Below are positions 12,551 through 28,061 of a DNA stretch of 64,000 bases, one piece after another. The notes under the pieces were generated by a model. That model was given only the letters and a program-made list of their open reading frames with translations. It did not search any database and had not been told where the DNA came from. The DNA is from Octopus vulgaris (lineage: Eukaryota). The first letter of the stretch is position 1; every line of letters starts with the position of its first letter. The stretch spans positions 99,758,001-99,822,000 of the forward strand of contig OX597818.1 in the NCBI GenBank assembly GCA_951406725.2, read 5' to 3'. Made by a program: the position numbers and the translations under genes.

Positions 12551-14819
12551 GAAGGCTGTTGGCATCATAACTCCATCGCCATACTCCTAATCACTACTAT
12601 CAACAACAACTATAATAGTAATAATAATATGCTCAAATCGTAGCGTATACTCTCATGTTTGTGCGTCCTATTATCCACTGCTGTAGCAGTAGATGTCGAA
12701 ATAAAATGATCGATAACTATTGTTGACATTATCCATCCATCAATTTAGTTGTCGAAATATCTATTAGCTAAATCATAGCCGCCATTTTCTACCCCGGCAC
12801 CGCTGTTGCTTCATGAGTAAATGATATGACACTTTTCGTTCTTACTTTTTACTATTTTTTCCCATTACTACCTGTAAATCTAACTATCTATTTCTCTATC
12901 TGCTATTTCCCTCCCTATTTCATTTTAAAATTTTACCTATATAATTACGAAGGTGCAAGAGTTAACCACATTTCAGAAGATATTCAGAAAGACTGATATA
13001 AATCTCCAGCTTTTATGTTTCTTTTGTTTATCTCTATTAATTCTACGTTCATATATATTTTCTTTAGATTTATTCCAGGCATGATACGTGAATATCATGT
13101 ATAAACTACCGTGGGATGACAATTTACTGCTTTACGTACGTGCTGTAACAGTGTATACACTTCCTTAATCTTGCATTGTTTATATTATCTTTTATATGCT
13201 TTAATTCTAATATAAAAGGAGTGACATGCTCCAACATTCATTATCTTAGCTTACATATATTGTCATTCATTCATTAGTGAGTGCATCCAGTCATTAATCC
13301 GTTCCTTATTTCATTTAGTTGTTTACTATTTTTTTAACCCTTGGTCAACCTTGACATATGGTCAAGGACACTTCAGCTGCGACTATCCATCTTTTTCAGA
13401 CAGAGTACTTCCATTCAATGTGACCTTCCTTTTTAAAAGCATTTCTCTATGCTTTGAGAGATATTTGTTTGAAATTTCTCCTAGGCTGGGCATTCATTCA
13501 GTTGCTGCTTCGTTAGGTTGTTTTAGTGAGACTCTGAACTATTTGCTTTTGTGTCGTAATATATCAATTACTTTCATCGGGAACCTATATCATGTAATAA
13601 TACGAGATCTGATGGTTACAGAATTATCACAAAATGGCTGGCTGGATATAATGTTCTCATTTCGAGGGAACACGAGAAATTTTATTTACAACTTCGTTCT
13701 GGATGCAATAATACGCATCTCGCAAATATTTCAAGTCCTAAATTGCGAGGAGATTGAGATATACAGGGATAAGTGGAGATAAGGAAGAGAGTGGTATGGA
13801 TTTTAGGAATAATTTACCGATACATCAATCTATGAATAAATTCACCCAATGTTGTTCTTTCCAAATTGGCTGCTATTTATTATTTACACTACATGGAAAC
13901 AGAAAAAGAAACAAACCAGTAATATTGAATAAAATACAACTGAAGAGACAGACTCCATATATACTTTGAAGCTACAAAGCAGACAGATTATTGTTTGAAG
14001 AAATGTATTTTCAAAATTATAATCCAATAAGTTTTACTACAGCATACCTCCTGCAAAGTACTGGCTTGACAGTTTAAATAACCTGGCTGGCTACCAGATA
14101 AAATATCGGTACACCATAAGAAATATTGTACAAAATGAAGAAATAAAGTCCATTGACAACTGTAAACAGTTGGTTTCTTGTCGGTTTGACGAATGTTCCT
14201 TTAACTTGCAGTGAATAATTCAAAACCTCTTGTTCACATGAACCATAAATACAACCAAAAGTTCCACTGTCATATTTCAAATAATCCTGTCACCACAAAC
14301 CTCAAATCTCGGACAAGAAGTGAATAAATAAATGCACACACCCTGATTAAATTCAATAACAATTTGTAGATACAACGCTTACTGTTCACTATCGAATTCT
14401 ACTTCCTTCCAGTAATATGATGATCGGCTCCGAACAGTCAGTCAGACAGTCATATTTACAACAAGTAATAATGTTGAATACTAGAAAACATTTTGGTATT
14501 TTCAACCAATCAATCCAACGCCAGTAATTATTCATTGTAATACAAATACAGACATAGCCGATATGCAAGCAACAGAACATCGGCTGCTGATAACGATCAA
14601 ACATCTATAGAATGTATACATCATTCTCCATAATATTATACTACCCACCCAACTACCTATCCATCTATTCTCTTGTTTATAGTGCCCGGCAGTATACATA
14701 CACACATACGTATATACACACACACACACACGCATACACAAATTCGCGCGCGTACAAACAGAAACATAAAATCGCGCGCACACACATACACACATACACA
14801 CTCACACAAAGACATACAC

Positions 14820-14871
<52 letters not shown>

Positions 14872-15656
14872 CGCTTCTCTCTCCGTTCATTCATCCATAA
14901 TGGATGAAATGTCTCTGGACAATAGATATTTATCCACACGAGCACATGTTTTATATATTTACCATTAAACTTTAGTTCAAAAAGAATTGATACATTGTTC
15001 GGCGGCCATTTTTTTCCGTTGCTATTTGGTACCCTTAGGAATCGTAACTTACAAAATACAAGTCTACGAGAGATTTCTTTGATCATGTATTATCTTTCAT
15101 CTAATTGGCCCTGCTCTGGACAGAAATTCTGTTGTGGGACGTAACCTATTTAAAAGATAAATGGTCCAAATTCTATTGAAAACAAGGCTAAATGAAAAAA
15201 TATTACCAGAGCAATAAATGGCCGCCATGTTTTCATGTAAAACTATAGAAACCCGGTGTTTTGTTAGACGTTGAATGTAGTATTTAGCATAGAGATAACA
15301 GTTGAGTAGACAGAGCATTGATTGATTTCAATAGCTTGTGCCGATTGGTTGTTGATGAATAAGTGATGCGTTAGTAATCAAAGGAAATATTAACAGCAGA
15401 CAATCAACTCGTAATTCAAATATGCACGAGACACAACATAATATTATATACATACATTTTCAAATATGCATACGTGGACATAAACAAACACATAAATATA
15501 TGCACACCCAAGTGACAGGAATTTACATACACACACACGAGTACATACACAAGCACACTCACATATACGCATATACACACACATAGCACCATACACTGTA
15601 TATATATATATATATATATAAATGCGTGGTGGGTGTATGTCTCAATGAATTTGTCA

Positions 15657-15742
<86 letters not shown>

Positions 15743-16233
15743 AAATTACACACTAAATACTAAAACACATATAAAAGGTTTCAAAATATTGGGAATTATA
15801 CACACACACACAAGCACATTCACACAGGCATACACTTAGATACAAAAACGTCACAACACACCCACTCGCACACCTACACGTACATATTCACAGATTATTC
15901 ATAAAACGGGAATATTAAGGCCGTTAAAATATGAAGAATGTAGCTGAAATATTGCAGTAAAATATGTAAATTTTCTGACAACAATTTATTGCCGATAATA
16001 TCTTGACAAAATTACATGGATGGAATACCCATTTTAATTCATTTATTTTTCCAGCATAATTTATGCTGCTTTGCACAATAAACAATAACTATTAAAATAC
16101 ACTGAAAGAAAGAACAAAGCAAAGAATTATATCCATACTCACAAACCTAAATACTGAATACGTGTATACATACAGAAAAACTAAAAGAAAAAAAATGGCC
16201 GCAGAGAATATCCAATAAATATCAAGCTAATAT

Positions 16234-16288
<55 letters not shown>

Positions 16289-16914
16289 GAAATAGATTAA
16301 TTCCCAATTATTGTATGTAATACATATATAATGTAATACAACAAAACTGTTGTTTCGGATCAATGTTAGCGACGCACAGAACAAGGGTGAATCGACATTT
16401 TTTTTCTTCTTATCTAAATTTCAACTTTGTCTCTGGGGATTCAATTGTCCTTGAACTCGCGTCGTCTATTAATTACAGCGTAGCCACTCGTTTGAGTGTA
16501 GACTAGGAAAGCTTCAATGATAGCATCTGAGTTAGATTTCAAAATTAGGTTTGTAGCTTTTACGTAACTCGTTGGTTTGCAGTACTGTAATTCGAGCACC
16601 ACAATAGCTTTGTAATAAGCGATATCTTGTGTTACAATATAATCACTGCATCGACCAAACAGCTCTGTTTTGTTATACACCATTGACCACAATGCTCTTA
16701 TTTGCATTGTTGTAAATTTTGAATGATGGCACCCAATTGGCTAGGCGGAGTGGCATCCGTTCACCCGGAAAGAAACGTTATCTTGTCGCCAGATTACACA
16801 CTCAGCTGAGAGGACTGCTTTTCACAAGAACGCAACGTCCTGCCAGCCTGAGAAATCGAAACCACAAGGCCACGCACTTCCATAATACAGCATCATATTT
16901 TCAATATGCCTCAG

Positions 16915-17222
16915 TGTCTTGTAATATACCATAATATATTGTGATAGTCGGTAACATCATGTAATACACTGTAATACCTTGTAATATGCTGTGATACCTT
17001 AAATCACAATATTTCTAATCCACAATAATATCTCGTATTATATCATATCTTGCATAATACCTCGCAAGAAAACCTGATATCTTGTAATACACCTCAGTAG
17101 CTAGAAATATATTATATCTTGTAATGCACCAGTATATAATATACTTTAATATAATGTAATATACTTTAATACCTAGCAACACACCATAGCAACTTGTAAT
17201 ACATAACAATATATTGCAATAT
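16915..17222. repeat. Degenerate ~10 bp minisatellite (TGTAATAYMY-like)
   Basis: Recurring TGTAATA/TGTGATA at about 10 bp spacing, e.g. tgtaatacac tgtaatacct tgtaatatgc tgtgatacct (16960-16999). Confidence 0.6.
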
Positions 17223-17239
17223 TATCATCATCAAAATTA

Positions 17240-17448
17240 ACAAGCTGGCAGAATGGTTAGCACGCCGTACAAAATGTTTAGAAGCATTTCAACCGTATTT
17301 ACGTTCAAATTCAAATTCCACCGATGTCGACTTTGCCTTTCATCCTTTCCGGATCGATATAACAAGTTCCAGTTGAGCACTAATTTCGATGAAATCGATT
17401 TACTCATTCCACGAGATTGCTGATCTTGCGCCAAAATTTGAAACCAAT
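17240..17448 (+). mobile_element. Family A SINE (short tail)
   Basis: AAGCTGGCAGAATGGTTAGCACGCCG...GTCGACTTTGCCTTTCATCCTTTC...CCAAAATTTGAAACC. Confidence 0.85.
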
Positions 17449-17731
17449 ATTATCATCATGAATTTTTGACCAATCAAACTAACAATTGATCCGTCAGAAA
17501 CAGCAAAGAGATTACCGAGAAATCACACCCATCGTCTTAAGAAAAGGCATTGCTACATTACGTAATGTAATCTTTCACTAAAGGTTAAGTTAACCGTGAT
17601 TTAGATGCAGTTACATATTATCAGCAGAAGCAACAGCCGTAGCATCAATGAAGTGAAATTTACGGTGGCCATTTGTAGCTGGCTCAACTGAAACTACACC
17701 GTTGAAATCAACAGCTGCAGCAGCAGCAACA

Positions 17732-18423
<692 letters not shown>

Positions 18424-18890
18424 TAAGCTGTCTAATAAAATCTCAATAACAATCGCGATCGTCACGACTGCGAGGAATATCAGTGTTAATTCTAGCTCTA
18501 ACATCTAGCTGGGTGCTGGTATGATTTAAGCACATTATCACCACAGTCACAATCATCACAAGGAGAATCGCATCGTCATTTAGACATACAAACAACAACA
18601 ACAACAAGACAAACATTGGCATTAACATCTTACATAATTACAGAGACTGTCACATCAATAAATCCCCTTAGAACCATCATCAAAGCGTTCATTACCATCA
18701 TTAGATGTAAAACTATAATCGTTGTCATTGTCAGCATATACAATAGCAACGACACACTCCATCGACGATTGAAACATGACTACCGCTAATATAATTATCG
18801 TGTCTTTCACATCGTCGCTGTGGTCGTTGTCGTCGCCATCGACATTCTCCTCCTCCTCCTCCTCCTCATCATCATCATCATCATATTTTC

Positions 18891-18950
<60 letters not shown>

Positions 18951-19049
18951 GGCATATATTGCATGTTATTTTCTTATTATTCTGTCCAGAACGCCTTAGA
19001 GCCTTGACGTCTAATAAAATCAATTAACTGTTACTTATTTGATTATTAA

Positions 19050-19103
<54 letters not shown>

Positions 19104-19147
19104 GTTATTACTATTATTATTATTAATGTTGTTGTTGTTGTTATTCG

Positions 19148-19360
19148 AAGTGGCAAAAGGATTAGCGTGCCGGGAAAATGCTTAGCAGCATTTCCTCCAT
19201 CTTAACATTCTGAGTTCAAATTCCGCCATTCCGTCGAAGTCAACGTTACCTTTTATACTTCGGGGTGGATGAAGTAAATAACAATTCTGCACTGGGGTCT
19301 ATGTAATCGACTTATAACTCTTCACCGAAATTGGTGGTTTTGTGACAAAATTTGAAACCA
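19148..19360 (+). mobile_element. Family A SINE (diverged), following (ATT)n
   Basis: TTAGCGTGCCGGGAAAATGCTTAGCAGC..TTCTGAGTTCAAATTCCGCC..AAAATTTGAAACC. Confidence 0.75.
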
Positions 19361-19364
19361 TCAA

Positions 19365-19862
19365 AGTGAAACTGGCGTAAAATATACGGAAGCCCAGTAT
19401 ACACATCATGACTACCCGTCTGATAAGGGTACATCAGGCACATGCATCACGGCCATATGTGCGCGACATAGTGATCTCATATGACCTTGCAGCGCATGAC
19501 CTTGCATATGGGGACCAGTTAGGATTTTCTTCAGGTCAAGTAGCCCATCCCGTTCAAAAGGTCTCTGAATAAAGATTGTCTAAGGATGATGAACAAAACA
19601 CCCATATGTTTTGTTGTCCAAACCCCAAAGAATTCCTCTCAAAACATGGCTACCATTATCCCCCACTACTTCTACTCTTGATCAGAGATGCACATATCGT
19701 CAGCCACTGAGGGACATGCTCAACTGATTAAGGTCAAGTAACTGACAAGCAAATCTGTGGTATTAAGCAGAATATTTGCTGTAGCGCATCTTTTATACCA
19801 AAGCAAAACAATGTGCATGATAACACTTCCAGTCAATTATGATCAGAAGTAATGAGAGTCAC
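19365..19862. repeat. Unclassified GC-richer insertion, probably an interspersed repeat
   Basis: A ~500 bp island, compositionally distinct, wedged between a SINE and a Dong-like 3' end. It has no ORF and no second copy in the window. Confidence 0.35.
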
Positions 19863-19865
19863 TGC

Positions 19866-20222
19866 TTATTATTTACTTTTGATCTGCGTGTTTGGTACAA
19901 TCACTTGCCGAAACATACCCAGCATCCTAGAACGAGTGAAGGATAAGAGATATTACAGTATAACTAGTATGACTGAAAGCTTGGTGAGAAGTTGCAGCAG
20001 CAGTAACGAAATATCTTCATGCAATACACCACAGACATTTATATTAATAGGGTTTTTCTAAGGATGTAAAAAGTACTTGCCAGCTGAATCTTTTGGAGTT
20101 TTGAGACATGGTACTCCTGGGATGTTATCTAGATATTTCTGACTCCCCTTTTTATTTACCATACATAGGGCACCTACACTAACAGGAGCAGTTCTTGCTT
20201 TAAGATGGCACATATTTTGTGC
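19866..20222 (-). mobile_element. 3' fragment of an R4/Dong-type (REL endonuclease) non-LTR retrotransposon
   Basis: Minus strand 20222-20039 reads AQNMCHLKARTAPVSVGALCMVNKKGSQKYLDNIPGVPCL / LQKIQLASTFYILRKTLLI*. This fits the R4/Dong C-terminal pattern MW..K...PV.VGALG....IQK.....T..ILRK.L. Its 5' side abuts (TAA)n (20223-20283), the known Dong target repeat. Confidence 0.85.
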
Positions 20223-20286
<64 letters not shown>

Positions 20287-20479
20287 TTTATTCTTATATT
20301 TCAATGTCAGAACCATTCAGCATTAAGCAAAAATTCTTTTCTGTATTCTTTCCCTCTCCTTATACTATGGGATCAAAACCCGATAAAGCCAGCTTAGCCT
20401 TTTATTAGAGCCGATTTAAAAGACTGAGGTCCTTCCCACAAAATACTTGGCTTTATGCATAAATCATAAACCATTTTTC

Positions 20480-20705
20480 CTGAGCCTTAGGCTCACAAGG
20501 TCAGTTTCCCGGAATCTGTGGCGTATATATTGCTCACTGGACACTAAGGCGGTCCATTTTAGGATTACTCATTTATGTTCGTTGAGTGAAGTGGAGGAAC
20601 CTGAAATGATGTGTTTTGCTCAAGAACACATCGCATCACCCTGAATCGAAACCGCAATCTTACGATTACGTGTATAACACCATAGCCAGTAAGCTATGCA
20701 TCTCC
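20480..20705 (-). mobile_element. Family C-type SINE (alternative tail)
   Basis: Plus strand TGAAATGATGTGTTTTGCTCAAGAACACA...GAATCGAAACC..TTACGATT..AACCATAGCCAGTAAGC. The tail GGTTTCCC.GAATCT.TGGC is shared with 34395-34652. Confidence 0.7.
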
Positions 20706-20732
20706 ACATTACATTATCAGTAACATTCAGAT

Positions 20733-21382
20733 AAGGCGGTAAGTTGGAAGAAACGTTAGCACGCCGGGCGAAATGCTTAGTGTTATTTCGCCCGTCTTTA
20801 CGTTTTGAGTTCAAATTCCGCCGAGGTCGACTTTGCTTTTCATCCTTTTGAGGTCGGTAAATTAAGTACCAGTTACGCACTGGAGTCGATATAATTGACT
20901 TAATCGCTTTGTCTGTACTTGTTTGTCCCCTCCATGTTTAGCCCCTTGTGGGCAATAAAGAAATAAGAATCGTTAGCACACCGGGCGAAATGCTTAGTGG
21001 TATTTCGTCCGTCTTTGCGTTTTGAGTTCAAATTCCGCTGAGGTTGACGTTGTCTTTCATCCTTTTGGGATCGATAAATTAAATACCAGTTGCGTACTGG
21101 AGTCTATCTAATTGACTGGACCACTCCCCAAAATTTCGGTCCTTGTGCCTAGAGTAGAAAATATTAATATTGAGGTAAGTTTGCGAGGTGGCAGAATCGT
21201 TAGCATGCCGAGCGAAATGCTGAGTGGTATTTCGTCCGTCTTTGCGTTCTGAATGCAAATTCCGCTGCGGGTCTTTGCCTTTCATCCGTTCGCGATCGAG
21301 AAATTAAGTACAAATGAAACACTGGAATCGATGTCCCCTCTCGACAAAATTTCGGGCCTTGAGCCTTTAGTAGAAAGGATTA
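20733..21382 (+). mobile_element. Head-to-tail array of three family A SINEs (20733-20965 long tail; 20966-21160; 21171-21382)
   Basis: Three occurrences of CGTTAGCA.GCCG.GCGAAATGCT.AGTG.TATTTCG.CCGTCTTT.CGTT.TGA..CAAATTCCGC. Confidence 0.9.
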
Positions 21383-22441
21383 TTAGTATTCAAATATTAA
21401 GGCACGTATAGTAACTACATATGAATGCAGAGTTTGAGACTTATAAAAGGGAGCTTATATGGGTTAATAGCCTTGTCGATTTGAGAACTCTGAGATGATG
21501 AAGCTGTTTAGTACAAGCCAACGGTAATCATGTAGATACATTGTCGAAGTTGCGCTAGACTAGAGTGTATGGGTCTGTAGGAAATCATCATCTAATGTGT
21601 CCTTTCGTTATTTAAACGATAAGGAGAGATTTCAGAAAGATTTGGCCAAGCGACAACAAAACAAAACAAAAAAAAATAAATATCGTTCTCCTTGGTTGAA
21701 CAACTGAAATGCTTTATTATTGTCTTAAATAAGCCGACGAAGAAAATAGCTTTCCGAAATTTTGTGTAGTGTCTGTATCGTGGAATTGGTTGCACAGTGG
21801 TGGATGGGTTGATCCTAAAAGCTTGGTTATGTCTCTGAAACACTCCCTCCTCTATTATTTACTGTCATCTCTGACACCACTCACATCTATGCAGCTGATT
21901 CTACTCTTCGCAACGTGTATAAACAACATCCACATACATCAAATCAACCAACGCACGTCAAAAGACTGTCTTTATTAACGGAGACCTTCAAAGCATTGCT
22001 ACATCTCACACTGGGATACATCAATCTTTCAACATCAAATATCTATAATCAAAAGACACACAAGAGATGCAACCGCACACGTCAGCCTCTACATTTATCG
22101 ACTACGTGCACTTTAAAGTGTCAAAACCTCAACAAAAACAAGAACTAACTTTTCCCTTGATAATCCCACATAATAATATTATTAAAAAAGACTATATCAA
22201 AGGTAAATTAACCCCTCCCGGAACGTAAAACAATTCCCTTCTTAGCCCTTCTTTTTTTTTATCCGCAACTACAAACTCCTATCTGCGTAAACATACGTGT
22301 GCAAGTTTATATGTAAACATGTACGCATGTGTATGGTAGCGAAGAAGCAACATATGGCAGTTTACAATATATCTAGAAAATGATCCTTAGACAGAAATAG
22401 GAGAGCAGAAACTCTCACTGCAGTCGAACCCTTTATATCTT

Positions 22442-22513
<72 letters not shown>

Positions 22514-22522
22514 CGTACATAA

Positions 22523-22592
22523 AATACATACATTTGTTTGTTTGTACTCCACCTGCCTTCGTCTTTTGTTTATTTTCGTAACCCTTCCCGTT
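22523..22592 (+). mobile_element. 3'-terminal stub of the 61683-61875 hammerhead element family
   Basis: AATACAT..TACTCCACCTGCCTTCGTCTTTTG..CTTCCCGTTATATA aligns by eye with 61812-61880 and ends at TATA. Confidence 0.55.
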
Positions 22593-22670
22593 ATATAAAG
22601 ATATATACATATACGTACATACATTACTGTTTATGACAATATATATAGATATATGTAAATATATATATAT

Positions 22671-22751
<81 letters not shown>

Positions 22752-22869
22752 CATACATACATATATATATACATATATATATACATATATATATATACAT
22801 ACATATATATATATATATACATACATACACATATATATATATACACATACATACATATATATACATACA

Positions 22870-22918
<49 letters not shown>

Positions 22919-23036
22919 GTATGTATGCACATGCATTTACTTCAGTGTGTTCTGTGCAAACGATTTGAATATAAAAAAGCACGATTTTACACCTAGAAAA
23001 ACACAAAATAAAATTCCACCACCACCACTGCTGCTG

Positions 23037-23085
<49 letters not shown>

Positions 23086-23448
23086 AACAACAACAACAAC
23101 TACTACTACTACTACTACTACTAATAATAATAATAACAATGGCAACAACAAGAAATATAAAATGACAACAAAACGCAACGAAAGTATTCAGCCGAATTTG
23201 GAGGAAGATAATAAGTATGAGGAGAAGGAAGATAATTTGTGAAGTAGGTGAATATACAACTAGTTTATCTTGAACAAATTATTCATTGCGAGGCCTTTAA
23301 ATGTCGATGTGTCAGATCTTCCATAGAAAATGAAGCTCGGATCAATGTCATTCATATTTAATGGCTGCTATCAGTATCTCTGTATCACAAATAAGAGAGA
23401 GTGTATGTCACAGAAATCCACTTACCTACACACATCTATACACTAGCA

Positions 23449-23482
<34 letters not shown>

Positions 23483-23690
23483 ATGTGAGTGTGTAAGTAT
23501 GTATGGTACATATATGTGTGTGTATATGTAGACATTGGAATTAATACACACACTCAAACATACAGCCAGACGCACATATATATGTATGTATAAACACACA
23601 CATTCACAGACATATATATATATATAATATGCATATACATACATGAATATACACGCACACACACATATATACACACATATACATATATCT

Positions 23691-23883
23691 TCTTTTACAT
23701 GTTTCAGTAATGTGACTACGGCCATGCTAGAGTACCGCCTTTAGTCAAACAAATCGACCACAGCACTTTTCTTTTTCAGCATAGTACTCTCTTTTGCAAA
23801 ACCGTTAAGTTATGGGGACGTAAACACACCAATATCAGTTGGCAAGCAGTGGTAGGGAACAAACACAGACACACAAATACATG

Positions 23884-23948
<65 letters not shown>

Positions 23949-24104
23949 GATGGGCTTTTTCGGTTTCCGGCTACCAAATCCCTCACAAGGCTTTGGTCAT
24001 CCCGAGGGTATTGTAGAAGGCACTTATCTAAGTTGCCAATCAGTGGGACTGAACTTGGAACCATGTGATTGGGAAGGATGCTTCTTTTTAAAAGGATATT
24101 CCTG

Positions 24105-24108
<4 letters not shown>
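23691..24108 (-). mobile_element. tRNA-derived SINE, family B, with internal (TA)n
   Basis: Reverse complement of the 32251-32656 structure (GGCGCAGG head, AGTTCAGTCCCACTG, internal microsatellite, GACTAAAGGCGGT..TAGCATGGCCG tail). Confidence 0.85.
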
Positions 24109-24200
<92 letters not shown>

Positions 24201-25516
24201 TGCGCGCGTGTGTGTGTGTAAATTTGGGCTTGCCTGCCTCTGAAAAGGGAATGTGGGTAATTACATATGTATGTAAATGCGTGTATTTCAGAGCATGAAA
24301 TCTGTGAGTGTACATTTGTGATCCTTGGTATACGCGTCTATAAACTTAACTATTTACCTTGATATTTTCTTACAGATTTGTAAATGCAGTAATGTTTAAA
24401 TTTCCCATTTAAAATAGTTATATTCTATGTAAAAAAAAAAAGAAGTCAGATTTCGTTACACTGTGGTATATAAGTGCACAATTCCGGGTTTGGACATTTC
24501 ATTTTGTACACTTATTAGAGGCCATGCGTGTTTATGCTTGCATGTGTCAATATATTCCTGCTCAGAAAGATTTGGAGTCAGATTACCAATACATATTACG
24601 AATAGAAGTTTGAATTAACTTCGTATTTGACCACATTCAGACGTTGTAAAAGTCAGATCAATTATTTGTTTCCCATGTGGAATAGTAAGTAGACTAAATC
24701 GATTAAATGGTGTGGCTTGCTGTTCTTTAATGAATGTCCGAAAGAGTAAACAGTAACCTATTACAACTAACTAAACAATCACACGACAGCACGACCGACT
24801 ATCCAACCAACTTGATGCTTATGAGTCAGTCTATAAAGGTTGTGAGTAAGTAATTATACATTTAGTAACGCGACGACAGGAGAATAAACAACCAGTTTCT
24901 TTCCCAAAAACCAAACAATAGAATAATACTAAACAAATGCATGTTATTGCGAGGAAAATGCAGTGATGTACACGCTTACGGCTATATACATTCTGAACCA
25001 ATGTTCGACAGGATCGATGTAATAATATACCAAGCATGGACTGAGGTCGATAAAATTGACTGCATCAACTTATAAAATTTAGAAAAAAAAAAGACTACAC
25101 ACACACTATCTCCTCTCTCTCTCTCTCACACACACATATATACATATATCTATATATATATATATATACAAATGTAAGTTACAAGTGCATATTTAGGTTT
25201 CTGCCAACCAACCAATTCAATGATTTTACTAAGATTTGGTGTACATGAAGTACCTGTGCAGGTGAATAATTTTCAGTGGGCGTAGCTTGCACTGCACCAC
25301 CCCCCCCCACAAATGTACACACACACACACACACATGCACACATGCACACACGTATATATATGTATAGAGGTTATGAGAGCTAATGGTGTTAATAAGACC
25401 CAATGGTGCCAGGTAATCCTGAGTAAGTGCTATGGACAGACTATAGTTAAGCTTCAGGTTCGGTGATTATGCAAACGAGGAGTCCAAACATATATAGAAA
25501 TGATATACATGTATAT

Positions 25517-25597
<81 letters not shown>

Positions 25598-25913
25598 CGG
25601 ACCTATACGCTGACGGGAGCAACTGAACTGTCTGCTCTTGAATAAACGTGTAAGGGATGGAACATTCCATTGACATGTGAACACTTAAACTTAATTATCT
25701 GTCAGAATCAATGTGATTCATGGTATATTGACAAAGCTGTACTCTTTGAATTACAAATGTAGTCCACACGTCGGGCTCAGTACAGTTTCCATTTACCGTA
25801 TGTCACTCGTAAGATATAATTCTATTAAAGAAACACCTTTTATCTAAGAGCTTATGTAAAGTAAACAATTCAACCAGCCAAACTACACACACACACACAC
25901 ACACACACACAGA

Positions 25914-25954
<41 letters not shown>

Positions 25955-28020
25955 ACACACACATTTATATGTATATATATTTCCGCGTGTGTGTACCGAG
26001 ATAGAACATTTGGACCAGAAAAATATTTGATCGGAGAAACGAATGAATAAAACGATTAGTCAAGGAGAGAAGAAAGAAAATAAGCTTGCAAGTAACAAAT
26101 GATTTATCACGAACCCTGTGAAATGATAAGCCGATGGCCTAACTTACAAATGAACTATCAACCTTTATAAGCAAAGAAAGAAGCACCTAGATTTAATCAA
26201 CCGTCCCAGGAAACGATGGATTAAAGAAGAATTTAATAACAAATATATGAAATAAATGAATCACTCAAGCGAAAGAACTAATTATGTGAGAAAAGAAAAT
26301 AACCAAAACCATTGAATACATTTTTATTCATTTGTTTGGTGCGGACGTATTGAAATGATGTGGAGATATTGAAATACTGTCAAGTTTTCTCATTTAAGGA
26401 CTTCTTTATAATAAATTAAGGTAGTTTTGTTTCTGGTCTTTGTTATGTTAAACTCACGAAAGAAATTAGTTTGCAGTGCGGTAATATAGGTAGGGGTCAT
26501 CTCAGATTATGTGAAAGCTTGTAAATGTTCAATGGATGTAGCAACTAAATTTTCCTCATTTCATACCTTCTCGTCTGATAGAAGAAAATGTTGGATAATG
26601 CAGTACTAGAGAGACTGAAAATGGGTAAGTGGTATGTCGCCTTTAATCAACTTGCTAGATAAGGGTTAGTCATGTGTTGGACAACAATGGTAGTAGCTGC
26701 AGTTATGCAAATTATCCACGTTTCCAATTTATATTGAGTGAACTCATGCCGCGAAATCTAATTGTCATAACCTGTAATGTGACATGAAAGATAGCTTACG
26801 CTCCAACGATTATTGAAATTTTACAAAGTTCAAGTAAAGAACACAGTGTAGTGGTGTTTCCACTGCATGGGCAGTGCTGTTATTTGGCACTCAGACATCC
26901 TGGAACTCATCCACCGAAGAACCACTCGACTGAGTCACTAACAGACACGTTCCAACGTCTGTCTCTCAGACATTCTGACACCTCTCTCTGTCTTTTCTGC
27001 ACTTTTGAAATTTCATGCTCATGTCATTCCTGTAGTTGTTGACCTGCACAATTTTAAAGACATCATCTACAGGATCAAACGCACCGGTCGGATAACTTAA
27101 CAAGGGAATAAGCAATGCTCCTTTCTCCAGCCTCAACAAATAAGACAGATACAAACATTTTTGTCAATTTGATTATTTTCTAGTCCAGAAAATATTTTTG
27201 ATAGATGAATATTCTGAAATGTTTGAAATTAAATGAAAAGTGAAGGTAACTCAATTGCTACTTTTCCTTTTATTTTGGTTGTTTTTTCGATCTTGTAAAT
27301 TTCATATTTGGAATTTTGTATCACAAGTGTCATTGAGGTCAAACAAATAGTATGGAATGGATTAACATTTGACAAAAATAAATTCGATTCTTGTGAGTTG
27401 TAACATGGCTTTAACTGTATTGTAGATATATACACAGTTGGAGAAGGGGCGACATTTTACTATAAAAGAAAAGAAGACGAGATGAAGAGGAGATTTCTAC
27501 ATTCAGATATGTCAAACAGCGAGGAAACGGCAGGGAAAGATAAGAGGAATACGATAAACAATCAGAATGGAAATGAAGCTGTTGCTATTGCGACGATGAT
27601 GATGTTGATGATAGCAACAAAAACAACAATAGTAAAAATAAATAAGGTAAAATATCCAAAAGGAATGAAATATAAACAGTTAAAGAATTCTAGTTTATAA
27701 GTGAAATGGTATTAGATACCGAAGCCAGCGAAGACTAAATAACCACCATTTCTGCCAATTCCTATCTTTCTTTGACTTTCATTCATTCATTCTTTCTTTT
27801 ATCTTTCTATCTTTCTTTTGTTCTTACCCTTGTTGTTGTTGTAGTTAGACATTTTCAAATTAAAATTGAACATAAATAACAACACAAAGAAAAAATACAA
27901 TAGTACAAATTCAAAGATGGTACGTGTCTCTGTTTCTGAGTGAGTGCGTACACCCACCGACACACACATACGCACAAACATACACACAAGCCCACACATG
28001 ATGTGATTTATATATATATA

Positions 28021-28061
<41 letters not shown>

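Noticed and set aside
14074-14604. Minus-strand ORFs with DSGTFGC..YSLQVKG resembling an Ig-domain end
   Set aside because: No upstream Cys/Trp strands in frame, and the adjacent AG..GTAAG-bounded segment has stops in all three frames.
26850-27154. Minus-strand VNNYRNDMSMKFQKC resembling a LINE RT segment
   Set aside because: The similarity is too short, and no YxDD or other RT motif is nearby.
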